NCBI GenBank assembly: GCA_964552315.1
Contig: CAZKGI010000017.1
Span: 732 to 64,731 of the forward strand
DNA from: an uncultured Akkermansia sp.
GTDB lineage: Bacteria; Verrucomicrobiota; Verrucomicrobiia; Verrucomicrobiales; DEV007
DNA length: 64,000 bases
Direction of reading: 5' to 3'
Below the pieces are notes generated by a model. That model worked only from the letters and a program-made list of their open reading frames with translations. It was not told where the DNA came from and did not search any database. The position numbers were made by a program, and so were the translations under genes. The first letter of the stretch is position 1. Every line of letters begins with the position of its first letter. Below are positions 55,387 through 64,000 of the stretch, one piece after another.

Positions 55387-55749
55387 ATGAAAGCGCTTCT
55401 CCTTCCCCTCGGCATCGGATTCTTTGCCGGCATCATGGCTGGCCTCTGCGGCGTCGGTGGTGGCATCGTGATGGTGCCGGCCTTCGTCTACTTCCTCGGC
55501 ATGGAACAGAAGGCGGCCATCGCCACCAGCATGGCGGTGATCGTGCCGACCTCGCTGATGGCCATCGCCCGCTTCCAGCAGGCCGGCTTGGTGCAATGGC
55601 AGGTCTTCTGGCCCACCGCCCTCGGGGCCATGGCCGCCGCCTGGCTGGCCACTGGCTGGGTCCGCAAGCTCAGCAACGAACAGCTCACCAAGATCTTCGC
55701 CGTGCTCATGATCCTCGTGGGGATCAGCATGCTCTTCAAGAAGAGCTGA
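55387..55749 (+). CDS. Half-size TauE/SafE (TSUP) family membrane protein
   Basis: GIMAGLCGVGGGIVMVP, AAIATSM and four TM helices; only 120 aa. Confidence 0.8.
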   Translation: MKALLLPLGIGFFAGIMAGLCGVGGGIVMVPAFVYFLGMEQKAAIATSMAVIVPTSLMAIARFQQAGLVQWQVFWPTALGAMAAAWLATGWVRKLSNEQLTKIFAVLMILVGISMLFKKS

Positions 55750-55933
55750 GTGACGCGGGGAAGGGGGCATTCCTGATCCGGATGGCCGACCAGGGTCGAG
55801 AGAACGCGCTTGGATTCACCGTCTGGGGTCGAAAGCTCGTGATTTAACAAGCGCAGACCCTGGGGCGCTCTGGGCGGAGCTCTTGCCCAAACGATGCATG
55901 GAGGCACATGGCAGCTGGAAAAGCGGAGCGCAT

Positions 55934-55951
55934 TCGTCACAGAATCGTAAC
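55934..55951 (+). promoter_or_regulatory. Pho-box-like tandem repeat upstream of pstS
   Basis: TCGTCAC-AGAA-TCGTAAC: two 7-mers with 11-bp periodicity. Confidence 0.7.
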
Positions 55952-55995
55952 TATCCCTCGAGCAGAAGTTCGATCAATTTGGTGACGTTGAAACC

Positions 55996-56844
55996 ATGAA
56001 AAACATCACGTCAAAACTCCTCACCCTCTGTCTCGTCGGCGTATTGACTGCTACAGCAGACGCAGGGAATATCACGGTCAAGGGATCGGACACTCTGGTC
56101 ATTCTCGCCCAAAAATGGGCAGAGGCCTACATGCGAGAAAATCCTGAAACCAAAATTCAAGTGAACGGCGGAGGCTCAGGAATTGGCTTCGCCGCACTGC
56201 AGAACAAAACCACGGATATCGCGAATGCATCGCGGAAGATGAAGAGCAAAGAGATGGAAGCCTTCGTCCGCGAGTTTGGACGGCGGCCGGTCGAGTATAA
56301 AGTCGCACTGGATGGCCTGTCCATTTATGTCAATGAAGACAATCCCGTCGATGAACTGAGCCTGGCCCAGATCGAGCAAATCTATACGGGAAAGATTAAT
56401 AACTGGAAAGAGCTCGGCGGAAAAGAAGCGCCCATCACGATTTTCAGTCGGGAAAACAGCTCCGGAACCTACGAGTTCTTTAAGGAGCATGTGCTGCAGG
56501 GCAAGGATTTTGCCGCCAATGCCCAGACCCTGCAGGGCACCGCCCAAGTGATTCAAAACGTTGCCAAGGAAAAGAATGGCATCGGATACGGAGGCGGCGC
56601 TTACGGATCGGGGGTGAAGCATCTGAAAATTAAAAAAGAAGATGCTGCCCCGGCAATTGAACCCAGTGAGGAAAACGTGGTCAATGGATCCTATCCCATC
56701 TGGCGTTACCTTTACATTTATGTAAGTCCCGCCTCGGAGAAGGGCGAAATTGCGGATTACATCAAGTGGATCCTTAGTGACGAAGGACAAAGGCTTGTAA
56801 AGGAATCGGGATACTACCCGCTGCCAGCCGACTTGAGGAAGTAA
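55996..56844 (+). CDS. pstS: Phosphate ABC transporter substrate-binding protein
   Basis: Signal peptide, KGSDT, GGGSGIGF, IANASR, VALDGL, SRENSSGTYEFF and YPIWRYLY. Confidence 0.96.
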   Translation: MKNITSKLLTLCLVGVLTATADAGNITVKGSDTLVILAQKWAEAYMRENPETKIQVNGGGSGIGFAALQNKTTDIANASRKMKSKEMEAFVREFGRRPVEYKVALDGLSIYVNEDNPVDELSLAQIEQIYTGKINNWKELGGKEAPITIFSRENSSGTYEFFKEHVLQGKDFAANAQTLQGTAQVIQNVAKEKNGIGYGGGAYGSGVKHLKIKKEDAAPAIEPSEENVVNGSYPIWRYLYIYVSPASEKGEIADYIKWILSDEGQRLVKESGYYPLPADLRK

Positions 56845-56861
56845 AACACGAATTGCCCCGA

Positions 56862-56900
56862 TCCCAGCCGGCGGCAGATTCAATCAGCCGCCGGCTGGGA
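56862..56900 (+). repeat. 14-bp stem-loop between pstS and pstC
   Basis: TCCCAGCCGGCGGC-N11-GCCGCCGGCTGGGA. Confidence 0.85.
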
Positions 56901-56950
56901 CTGGACTTTCAGGCCGTGTGCCCCCCTTTAACTTTGTCTCCCCAAAATCA

Positions 56951-58129
56951 ATGAGGCCCCAAGAGGATAAGTCGAGGCGCAGTGCCGGATGGATGGGGCT
57001 GTATCGGGGTCACAAGGCGCATCCCCTGGAATGGGCGGCGGAGAAGCTGATATTTCTCACCTCCCTCTCGGCAATCGTGTTGGTTATTCTGATTTTCGTG
57101 TTTGTCCTGAGGGAGTCGCTGCCCATATTCCTGGGCAGGGCCCAAAGCTCCTCAGTTCAGGCTGTCATTCCGCCCGAGGAGATGGGAAATTTGGATCGGG
57201 AGGACCTGCGAAACTATTTGGGACTCACCAAGGCAGAGTTTGAGAGGGCGGACGAGGACACCCTGAAGCTGCTGATGGAGCTGAAGATGGAATCCGCCCT
57301 TGAGGCGCCCGACGACAAGGATGCGTCCGTGAATACCACCAAATGGAGATACATTCTCTTTCCCTACCAATGGACTGGGTACGACAAGCCTGAGTATATT
57401 TGGCAACCTGTTTCCAATATACCAAAGTACAATATTGTCCCATTGCTGATAGGTAGTCTGAAGGTAACCCTGGTGGCTTTGATGTTTGGGGTGCCCTTGG
57501 CGATAGGGGCGGCTATCTACACGTCCCAGCTTGCCGCGCCCAGAATGAGGGAGCTCATCAAGCCCTCCATAGAATTTCTTTCTGGAATTCCCTCGGTCGT
57601 GTTGGGATTCTTCGCCTTGGCTGTGCTAGCGGGGCTCATGCAATCGATCTTCGGATATCAATCCCGCCTGAATGCGTTCGTGGCGGGGATTGCCCTTGGG
57701 CTTGCGATCATTCCAGTGGTCTTCTCCCTCGCAGAAGATGCGATGTCCAGTGTCCCGAAAAGTTACGTTCATGCCGCCCTCTCGCTCGGATCCACGAGAT
57801 GGCAAACCGCGTGGAAAATTGTCGTCCCGGCGGCCGCACCAGGTATTTTCGCAGCCATCATGTTGGGATTTGGGCGGGCCATGGGGGAGACCATGATCGT
57901 CCTCATGGCCAGCGGCAATGCCAGCATCGTCTCCTGGGACATGTTCGACTCGACCAGAACCGTGACGGCCACCATTGCCGCGGAGCTGGCCGAAGCGGTG
58001 CATGGGGGCCATCACTACAGCATGCTCTTCATGATCGGGGCCCTGCTCTTCGTGATAACCTTTCTTACGAACGTCGTATCTGCACGAGTGATGAATCGTC
58101 TGAAGCAACATCTCGAGGGGGTAAAATGA
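56951..58129 (+). CDS. pstC: Phosphate ABC transporter permease PstC
   Basis: PLLIGSLKVT, IEFLSGIPSVVLG, LAEDAMSSVP and FGRAMGETM.VLM..GN; extra soluble loop after the first TM helix. Confidence 0.94.
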   Translation: MRPQEDKSRRSAGWMGLYRGHKAHPLEWAAEKLIFLTSLSAIVLVILIFVFVLRESLPIFLGRAQSSSVQAVIPPEEMGNLDREDLRNYLGLTKAEFERADEDTLKLLMELKMESALEAPDDKDASVNTTKWRYILFPYQWTGYDKPEYIWQPVSNIPKYNIVPLLIGSLKVTLVALMFGVPLAIGAAIYTSQLAAPRMRELIKPSIEFLSGIPSVVLGFFALAVLAGLMQSIFGYQSRLNAFVAGIALGLAIIPVVFSLAEDAMSSVPKSYVHAALSLGSTRWQTAWKIVVPAAAPGIFAAIMLGFGRAMGETMIVLMASGNASIVSWDMFDSTRTVTATIAAELAEAVHGGHHYSMLFMIGALLFVITFLTNVVSARVMNRLKQHLEGVK

Positions 58130-59058
58130 TGAAACGTCTCAAGAGGCAGAACACCAACTATGCTTCGATGTTCTTCACGGGACTGACCGGGGCTGCCGCC
58201 TTATTGATTGTCGGGATTTTGTTCGTCATCGTGGGCAATGTCATAATCAATGGCTGGTCCAGCTTTTCATGGCGGTTTGTGACGGGTGGAACGGACCAGG
58301 ATATGTTCAACCCGGAAAGCGCCGGAATCCTTCCAATGATCGTGGGCACGACCGCTCGAGTTTTCGTGATGACCCTATTCGTCGTTCCTGTTGGTGTCAT
58401 TACGGCGATCTACTTGACGGAATACGCGCAAACTGAATCGCTGCTGACGCGGCTTATCTATGGCGCGATCAACAATCTGGCAGGCGTGCCGTCCATTGTT
58501 TTCGGCTTGTTTGGTCTGGGATTCTTTATCGGTTTTATTGGCAAAGGCGTGGATTCCGCTCTTCAGTATGGTGATCCGGTCTGGGGAAAACCTGCTCTGA
58601 TATGGGCATCGCTCACCCTAGCGGTCATGACTTTGCCGGTGGTCATCGTGGCCACGGCGGAATCTTTGAAATCTATTCCCTTTGGATTACGCGAGGCCAG
58701 TCTGGCACTGGGAGCGACAAAATTTGAGACCATCATAAAGATAGTCCTGCCCCAGGCCCTGCCCGGGATCCTAACCGGCACCATTCTGGCGGTGGGGCGT
58801 GCCGCTGGCGAGGTTGCGCCGATCCTGTTTACCGGGGCCGCATATTACATGGCGCACCTGCCAGCATCCATGAGTGACCAATTCATGGACCTGGGATTTC
58901 ATATTTTTATTCTGTCGACTCAATCTCCCAATATTGAGCAAACCGAACAAATACTTTATGGCACGGTTCTGGCGCTTCTGACGCTAACGATTTCGCTAAA
59001 CATCGTGGCAGTGCTTATCCGGGCACGCATGCGTGCCGCAAATCGCTTACTTCACTGA
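58126..59058 (+). CDS. pstA: Phosphate ABC transporter permease PstA
   Basis: [42 protein letters not shown] and [12 protein letters not shown]; ATGA overlap with pstC. Confidence 0.95.
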   Translation: MMKRLKRQNTNYASMFFTGLTGAAALLIVGILFVIVGNVIINGWSSFSWRFVTGGTDQDMFNPESAGILPMIVGTTARVFVMTLFVVPVGVITAIYLTEYAQTESLLTRLIYGAINNLAGVPSIVFGLFGLGFFIGFIGKGVDSALQYGDPVWGKPALIWASLTLAVMTLPVVIVATAESLKSIPFGLREASLALGATKFETIIKIVLPQALPGILTGTILAVGRAAGEVAPILFTGAAYYMAHLPASMSDQFMDLGFHIFILSTQSPNIEQTEQILYGTVLALLTLTISLNIVAVLIRARMRAANRLLH

Positions 59059-59063
59059 TCGAC

Positions 59064-59876
59064 ATGTCGACTTCCTATCAAAGCGTTTCCAAAAACACTA
59101 GAATTAACGAGGGTGCACAGAGCATTCCCCTGATCTGCGCCAAAAAATTATCATTTTTCTACGGCAGATCCCAGGCGCTAAAGGACATTAGCTTCGATAT
59201 TCGAGAGAGGCAGGTCACGGCATTCATCGGGCCCTCAGGGTGCGGCAAGTCCACCTTGCTGCGCTGCTTCAATCGCATGAATGATCTTATCGACTCTGCC
59301 CGCATAGAGGGACAGGTAAGCATTGGTGGTGAAGATATATACCACAGGGATGTTGATGTGATCGAGTTGCGCAAGCGTGTGGGCATGGTTTTCCAGCGCT
59401 CCAATCCCTTCCCCAAGTCTATTTACGAAAACATATCTTATGGTCTGAAACTGCATGGAGTCAGGGGCAAATCCACTCTGGATGACATGGTGGAGCAGAG
59501 TCTGCGTCAAGCGGCCCTGTGGGATGAAGTCAAGGACCGCCTAAACTCCAGTGCTCTAGGCCTGTCGGGCGGGCAACAGCAACGATTGTGCATCGCGCGC
59601 GCCATTGCGGTGCGGCCTGAGGTAATTCTAATGGATGAGCCCGCCTCAGCCCTTGACCCGATTGCCACAGCGAAAATTGAGGAGCTCATTCTCGAATTGA
59701 AGAGTGAATTCACCATCGTGATCGTCACCCATAACATGCAACAGGCAGCGCGCATTTCGGATGCTACGGCATTCTTTTACATGGGTGCGCTGATCGAGTA
59801 TGATACGACTACAAAAATATTTACCAACCCAGCCAAGAAGCAGACCGAGGACTACGTGACAGGGAGATTTGGGTGA
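59064..59876 (+). CDS. pstB: Phosphate ABC transporter ATP-binding protein
   Basis: [48 protein letters not shown] and [10 protein letters not shown]. Confidence 0.98.
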   Translation: MSTSYQSVSKNTRINEGAQSIPLICAKKLSFFYGRSQALKDISFDIRERQVTAFIGPSGCGKSTLLRCFNRMNDLIDSARIEGQVSIGGEDIYHRDVDVIELRKRVGMVFQRSNPFPKSIYENISYGLKLHGVRGKSTLDDMVEQSLRQAALWDEVKDRLNSSALGLSGGQQQRLCIARAIAVRPEVILMDEPASALDPIATAKIEELILELKSEFTIVIVTHNMQQAARISDATAFFYMGALIEYDTTTKIFTNPAKKQTEDYVTGRFG

Positions 59877-59880
59877 AGCC

Positions 59881-60552
59881 ATGCAAACACACTTTGAGCA
59901 AGAACTTGCGGAATTGAAGCAAATGCTTCTGACAATGGCCAGTCACGCGGAAGTCGCCTCGACGAATGCGGTCATGGCCCTCGTGAAGAGGGATGATGCG
60001 CTTGCTGATCTCGTCGACGAGGAAGATGAGGTGATCGATCAATACGAAATTGATATCGATGAGATGGCGATCAATCTCCTGGCCAAGGCCCCCCTGGCTA
60101 GCGATTTGAGATTGATCACGGTGGCCATGAAAATATCGCAGAATCTCGAGCGGGTGGGCGACGAAGCGACCAAGATTGCGAGAAGGGCAAGGGACCTCAA
60201 TGAGGAGCCTCAGTTGAAGGAATACGTGGATATCCCGCGTATGGCGGAAATCGCGTTCGGGATGCTGAGGGCATCGCTGGACAGCTTTGTCTGCCTCGAT
60301 CCCAAGTTGGCCAGGAGTGTCATCCCGCGTGATCAGGAGGTGGATGCCTTGAACAAGCAATTGCATAGGGAATTGGCTGGTTTCATGATCGAGAAGCCGA
60401 GTGTCATCACGCGATGCCTGCATTTAATGGTTATTTCAAAAAGCATCGAACGCATTGCCGACCATGCCACGAACATTGCGGAAGATGTGGTTTATTTATG
60501 TGAGGCCAAGGATATTCGACATGCAGGACGACTTGCAGAGGGAGACGAATGA
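59881..60552 (+). CDS. phoU: Phosphate signalling complex protein PhoU
   Basis: PLASDLR, LERVGDEA, DQEVD and IERIADHATNIAE repeats. Confidence 0.96.
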   Translation: MQTHFEQELAELKQMLLTMASHAEVASTNAVMALVKRDDALADLVDEEDEVIDQYEIDIDEMAINLLAKAPLASDLRLITVAMKISQNLERVGDEATKIARRARDLNEEPQLKEYVDIPRMAEIAFGMLRASLDSFVCLDPKLARSVIPRDQEVDALNKQLHRELAGFMIEKPSVITRCLHLMVISKSIERIADHATNIAEDVVYLCEAKDIRHAGRLAEGDE

Positions 60553-61232
60553 AACCGGTAATACTGATTGTCGAGGATGAACCGGATGCCATCGATTTGA
60601 TCGAGTACAACCTCGTGGGAGCTGGCTACCGTGTGAAATCGACATCCTCGGGGTCCGAAGCGTTGGCGCTGGCGCGGTCCATCCTGCCGAACCTCATTAT
60701 TCTTGATGTCATGCTGCCCGAGATCGATGGCTTTGATTTATGCAAACTGCTGCGGCGCAGTGCGGATACAGCGTCCGTTCCCATTATTATGTTGACGGCC
60801 AAGGCTGCGGAAGATGACCGCGTTCGGGGACTCGAGCTGGGGGCGGACGATTATGTGACCAAGCCGTTCAGCCCGCGTGAGCTGGTTCTGCGCGTCAAGA
60901 AGCTCTTGACCAGACGCAATGACGCTGAAGAAGTGGTTGAGCGATTCCAAATCGGGGACTTATCCATCGACGTTCCGCGTCATTCCGTGACATTTAGGGG
61001 AGAGAAATTGGATTTAACTGCCACTGAATTTAAACTTCTTTCCGTATTGGTGCAGCGCCGCGGGTTTGTGCAATCGAGGGATCTGCTGCTGCGGGACGTC
61101 TGGAATTACGACTCCGCGATGGATACGAGAACGGTTGACACGCACGTGCGCCGTCTCCGTGAAAAGCTGGGCGGGGCCTCCGTTTATTTGGAGACGGTTC
61201 GCGGTGTGGGTTATCGATTCAAGACGACATAG
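60549..61232 (+). CDS. phoB: OmpR-family response regulator PhoB
   Basis: IVEDE, ILDVMLP, MLTAK, DDYVTKPF and wHTH RTVDTHVRRLREKL..ETVRGVGY; located in the pst operon. Confidence 0.9.
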   Translation: MKPVILIVEDEPDAIDLIEYNLVGAGYRVKSTSSGSEALALARSILPNLIILDVMLPEIDGFDLCKLLRRSADTASVPIIMLTAKAAEDDRVRGLELGADDYVTKPFSPRELVLRVKKLLTRRNDAEEVVERFQIGDLSIDVPRHSVTFRGEKLDLTATEFKLLSVLVQRRGFVQSRDLLLRDVWNYDSAMDTRTVDTHVRRLREKLGGASVYLETVRGVGYRFKTT

Positions 61233-61234
61233 TT

Positions 61235-62434
61235 ATGTGGACGGTAATTGCCCTTGTGTCGCTATCGGTGGCATGTGCTATCTGCGTATTGAAGTATAGA
61301 AATCTTTGCCGAGAACTCCGGTCCAGGGAAATTGAGTTAGGCAGGTGTCTTGAGTTCCAGAAACAGGTGTCCATCGCTGCAGAGGCTGAGTTGAGGGAGT
61401 TTATTGACTGTATACCGGCGGGCGTTCTCTTGCTCGATGCGAGTGGCAGAATTCGACTGATAAACAGCGCGCTTCAGGAGTCTTTCGATGTCACCGGAAT
61501 CAAGATCGGGTTTACCATTCTGGAAGCGTTCCGAGATCACAGGTTGTCAGATATGGTTGACCTGTTGATGGTGGAACGAGGGCGGCTCAGGCTGGAATAT
61601 GAGGCCTCGGGATTGTCTCCGAGGTTCTACGAGGTCAATGGGTCTCAAATCGTTGACGGACAAGGTAATATTTCTGGGTATGTAATCGTTTTTCACGATG
61701 TGAGCCGCCTTCGGCAGCTGGAGAGAATGCGCCAGGAATTCGTGGCCAACGTCAGCCACGAATTGCGAACTCCGCTATCGATGATCAAGGGTTACGTGGA
61801 GACATTGCTTGATCTCGATGTGGACGACACCGAGGTTTCCAGGAAATTCTTGCACACCATTGATCGGCATGCCGATCGATTGACCTTTCTTATCAATGAC
61901 CTGCTGACGATATCAAAGCTCGAATCCGGAGAGCTGCCATTGAACCCGACCTGTGGCTATCTTGAACCCCTCGTTGAGAAAGTGTTCCAGGAATACCGGA
62001 GTCGCGCCAAGGAAAGGGATGTGCACTTAGAGCACGATGTATCGAGCGATTTCCAAGTTTACGCGGACTTTGCCCGCCTCGAGCAAGTGCTGTGCAACCT
62101 TGTCGACAATGCCCTTAAGTATGCGGGAGACAAGGGGAGGGTGATGGTTTCGGCTTTTGTGAACGCATCTAACATGCCGGAGATCACGGTTCGAGACAAC
62201 GGTCCGGGGATCCCATTGGAATTGCGCGATCGCATCTTTGAGAGGTTTTTCCGAGTCGACAAAAGCCGTTCCAGGGAACAGGGGGGGACAGGCCTGGGAT
62301 TGGCCATCGTGAAGCACGTGGTGCAAAGTCATGGCGGGCAGGTTTGGGCGGAAGGCGAACTAGGGTCTGGTGCCACATTCCACTTTACTCTCGCTCCCGG
62401 TGTTCACTTTGAGAAGCGTTCTGAGCTGCCCTGA
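61235..62434 (+). CDS. phoR: Sensor histidine kinase PhoR
   Basis: TM helix, PAS-like region, FVANVSHELRTPL, NLVDNALKY, DNGPGIP and GGTGLGLAIVKH. Confidence 0.9.
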   Translation: MWTVIALVSLSVACAICVLKYRNLCRELRSREIELGRCLEFQKQVSIAAEAELREFIDCIPAGVLLLDASGRIRLINSALQESFDVTGIKIGFTILEAFRDHRLSDMVDLLMVERGRLRLEYEASGLSPRFYEVNGSQIVDGQGNISGYVIVFHDVSRLRQLERMRQEFVANVSHELRTPLSMIKGYVETLLDLDVDDTEVSRKFLHTIDRHADRLTFLINDLLTISKLESGELPLNPTCGYLEPLVEKVFQEYRSRAKERDVHLEHDVSSDFQVYADFARLEQVLCNLVDNALKYAGDKGRVMVSAFVNASNMPEITVRDNGPGIPLELRDRIFERFFRVDKSRSREQGGTGLGLAIVKHVVQSHGGQVWAEGELGSGATFHFTLAPGVHFEKRSELP

Positions 62435-62648
62435 CTCACTGGAACCCTACTCTGGCGCCTGGTCCTGTGGCGTAAACCGCAGGGGGGATGCACTGGCGGC
62501 GGTCCGGCAAAGCGTGCGATGTGGGATCTTCTGCAAACAGGCCACGCGATTCCGACGACGTCGTTCCGCGCCAGTCGCCTGTTTTGTGTTGTGTGACAAC
62601 TTGTCCCATGAGGGAGGTACCGATAGTTGATGTAAATGGTCAATATGG

Positions 62649-62666
62649 TCGTAACGGAATTGTTAC
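62649..62666 (+). promoter_or_regulatory. Pho-box-like tandem repeat upstream of the porin gene
   Basis: TCGTAAC-GGAA-TTGTTAC; 14/18 identical to the pstS site. Confidence 0.7.
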
Positions 62667-62734
62667 ATTATGGCACTCGCGTTTCTACTTTTTCGATGCC
62701 ATGGATCTGCACCGGTTTGATAACCGATCGTATC

Positions 62735-63970
62735 ATGACAATATACACAAATCTATCAATCGTTGCTCTCTCGGGAGCCGTCGCATTGGCGAGCGTGCCC
62801 TCGGCGGAAGCCGGAGAATATGGAAAATCAGTCATTAATGACAAGGCGCCCGCCGCGGGTGCGTCATGGTGTGACCTGTTTAAGAAAAACAAGATCTACC
62901 AGGGGGGCGGATTTATTAATTCGGTGAAATTCAAAGGGCGCTATCACGGGCAATGGATCTCTCAGAAGGAAGATACGCTCAGCAGTGGCGTGAACTCCCC
63001 CAACGGATATCATGAGTATCAAAGCCGTCGCTTCCGTCTCGGAACGGAGATCGAAATGTCCGGCGACCTGACCCTGACGGCCTCCATCAATGTTAGCGAC
63101 GGTAGCGGTGGCGCGGGGAGCCACGGTCTCGCCTACGGAGTCTTTTTCGACGATTGGGATGAATTGAACCTCGTCTGGAAGCCATCAGACGAGTTCTACG
63201 TCCTGCTGGGAAAAGCTAAGCAGAAGATCACGGTGGAGAACGAAATGTCCTCGAACAACATCCTGACGATCGAGCGTTCCGCAATTACCAGCGCAGTCAT
63301 CTCCAACAAGCCATGGGGTGTCGCTGTCGGGTTTGAAGCGCTCGGGCTCAGTCACGAAGTGGGCGGATGGGTCACCGGTGCTGATCGAGACTCCACTGGG
63401 GAGCGCTACGATTGGGCTGGCTTTGATTCCCGCGGCAGCCTGACCTACCGGAACTCCTTCGATCTAAGCGAGGACACGAAAGTACAATTCGGGTACCAGT
63501 TCACGAACAATAGCGATGGTTCTGTCAGTCCGCACGCGCGCGCGGATGAAAACCTCGGGTCTGCTTTCGAGCACGTGGTCTCGCTGGGCACGGTCTCGGA
63601 ATTTGGTCGCTTCGGACTCATCACGGATGTGATCTACGCGGCCAATGGCTTGGCCACGGGAGCCTTGCCGGCGGGCTATGATACCGCCGGCGTGGTCATC
63701 ATGCCGTATTACAACATCACCGACGACCTTCAGTTCGTGACCCGTTACGCCTATATGGGGGAAGGGCGTGAGCAGCGGCCCCAGCGTTACGATGCCCGCC
63801 AAACCGTGGAGGGCTATCACACCTTCTACGCCGGACTCAACTACTACCTCTGCAGGAATAATCTCAAGCTCATGGCCGGGTACGAATACGCCAGCGGTGA
63901 TCTCTACGGATCGGCCTCTGACACGGTCGACACAGGTACTTGGATGCTGGGTGTCAGAACCTCGTGGTAA
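62735..63970 (+). CDS. Outer-membrane porin, phosphate-selective OprO/OprP-like
   Basis: Signal peptide, RRFRLG, amphipathic beta strands, NLKLMAGYEY and terminal Trp; ATG at 62735; pst context. Confidence 0.75.
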   Translation: MTIYTNLSIVALSGAVALASVPSAEAGEYGKSVINDKAPAAGASWCDLFKKNKIYQGGGFINSVKFKGRYHGQWISQKEDTLSSGVNSPNGYHEYQSRRFRLGTEIEMSGDLTLTASINVSDGSGGAGSHGLAYGVFFDDWDELNLVWKPSDEFYVLLGKAKQKITVENEMSSNNILTIERSAITSAVISNKPWGVAVGFEALGLSHEVGGWVTGADRDSTGERYDWAGFDSRGSLTYRNSFDLSEDTKVQFGYQFTNNSDGSVSPHARADENLGSAFEHVVSLGTVSEFGRFGLITDVIYAANGLATGALPAGYDTAGVVIMPYYNITDDLQFVTRYAYMGEGREQRPQRYDARQTVEGYHTFYAGLNYYLCRNNLKLMAGYEYASGDLYGSASDTVDTGTWMLGVRTSW

Positions 63971-64000
63971 GGCAGGCTTCCCTTCGCCCCTTCGAGTGGA

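Larger units (their letters stand above)
55750..64000. other. Lower-GC phosphate-acquisition block (putative horizontally acquired island; left edge approximate, right edge not seen)
   Basis: Spot counts of 60-nt lines give about 48-57% GC versus about 67-77% upstream, with many A/T-ending codons. Confidence 0.7.

Noticed and set aside
1-64000. CRISPR arrays, cas genes, tRNA/rRNA genes, integrases, transposases and riboswitches
   Set aside because: No regularly spaced repeats, cloverleafs, recombinase or transposase motifs, or known riboswitch cores were found by eye; a cmscan/CRISPR-finder run would confirm.

Overview
A 64-kb bacterial chromosomal window, about 65-75% GC by spot counts. It is most consistent with a Verrucomicrobiota/PVC organism (planctomycete-type DUF1592/DUF1552 and DUF1553 proteins, verrucomicrobial-style pilin and porin N-termini); this assignment is an inference. 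Most of the window is housekeeping backbone: mtnP end, fabD, grpE-dnaJ, mazG, rsmE, trmL, rplU-rpmA, lnt, ispF, an inositol monophosphatase, an aminotransferase and holA. Accessory modules: (i) a STAS / GAF-PP2C pair running into grpE-dnaJ and a SWIM-SNF2 helicase; (ii) a five-gene type IV filament-like operon with a PilT-like ATPase, a pilin and three hypothetical proteins that read as a PilM/N-like fusion, PilO-like and PilP-like; (iii) a copper cluster with a Cys/Pro-rich CutF/CruR-like leader ORF, a small metal-binding protein, a P1B ATPase and a multicopper oxidase fused to a beta-barrel, followed by lemA-DUF2207; (iv) PVC-type cytochrome c/DUF modules; (v) sugar uptake genes; (vi) a stand-alone tandem AP2-domain protein; (vii) a split, partly degenerate LplT/Aas locus. 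A probable unannotated 6S RNA lies at 53988-54179. From about 55.8 kb to the end, GC falls to roughly 48-57% across a phosphate block (pstSCAB-phoU-phoB-phoR-porin) with two matching Pho-box-like sites. No CRISPR array, tRNA, rRNA, integrase or transposase was seen. All family calls come from motif reading; no database searches were run.
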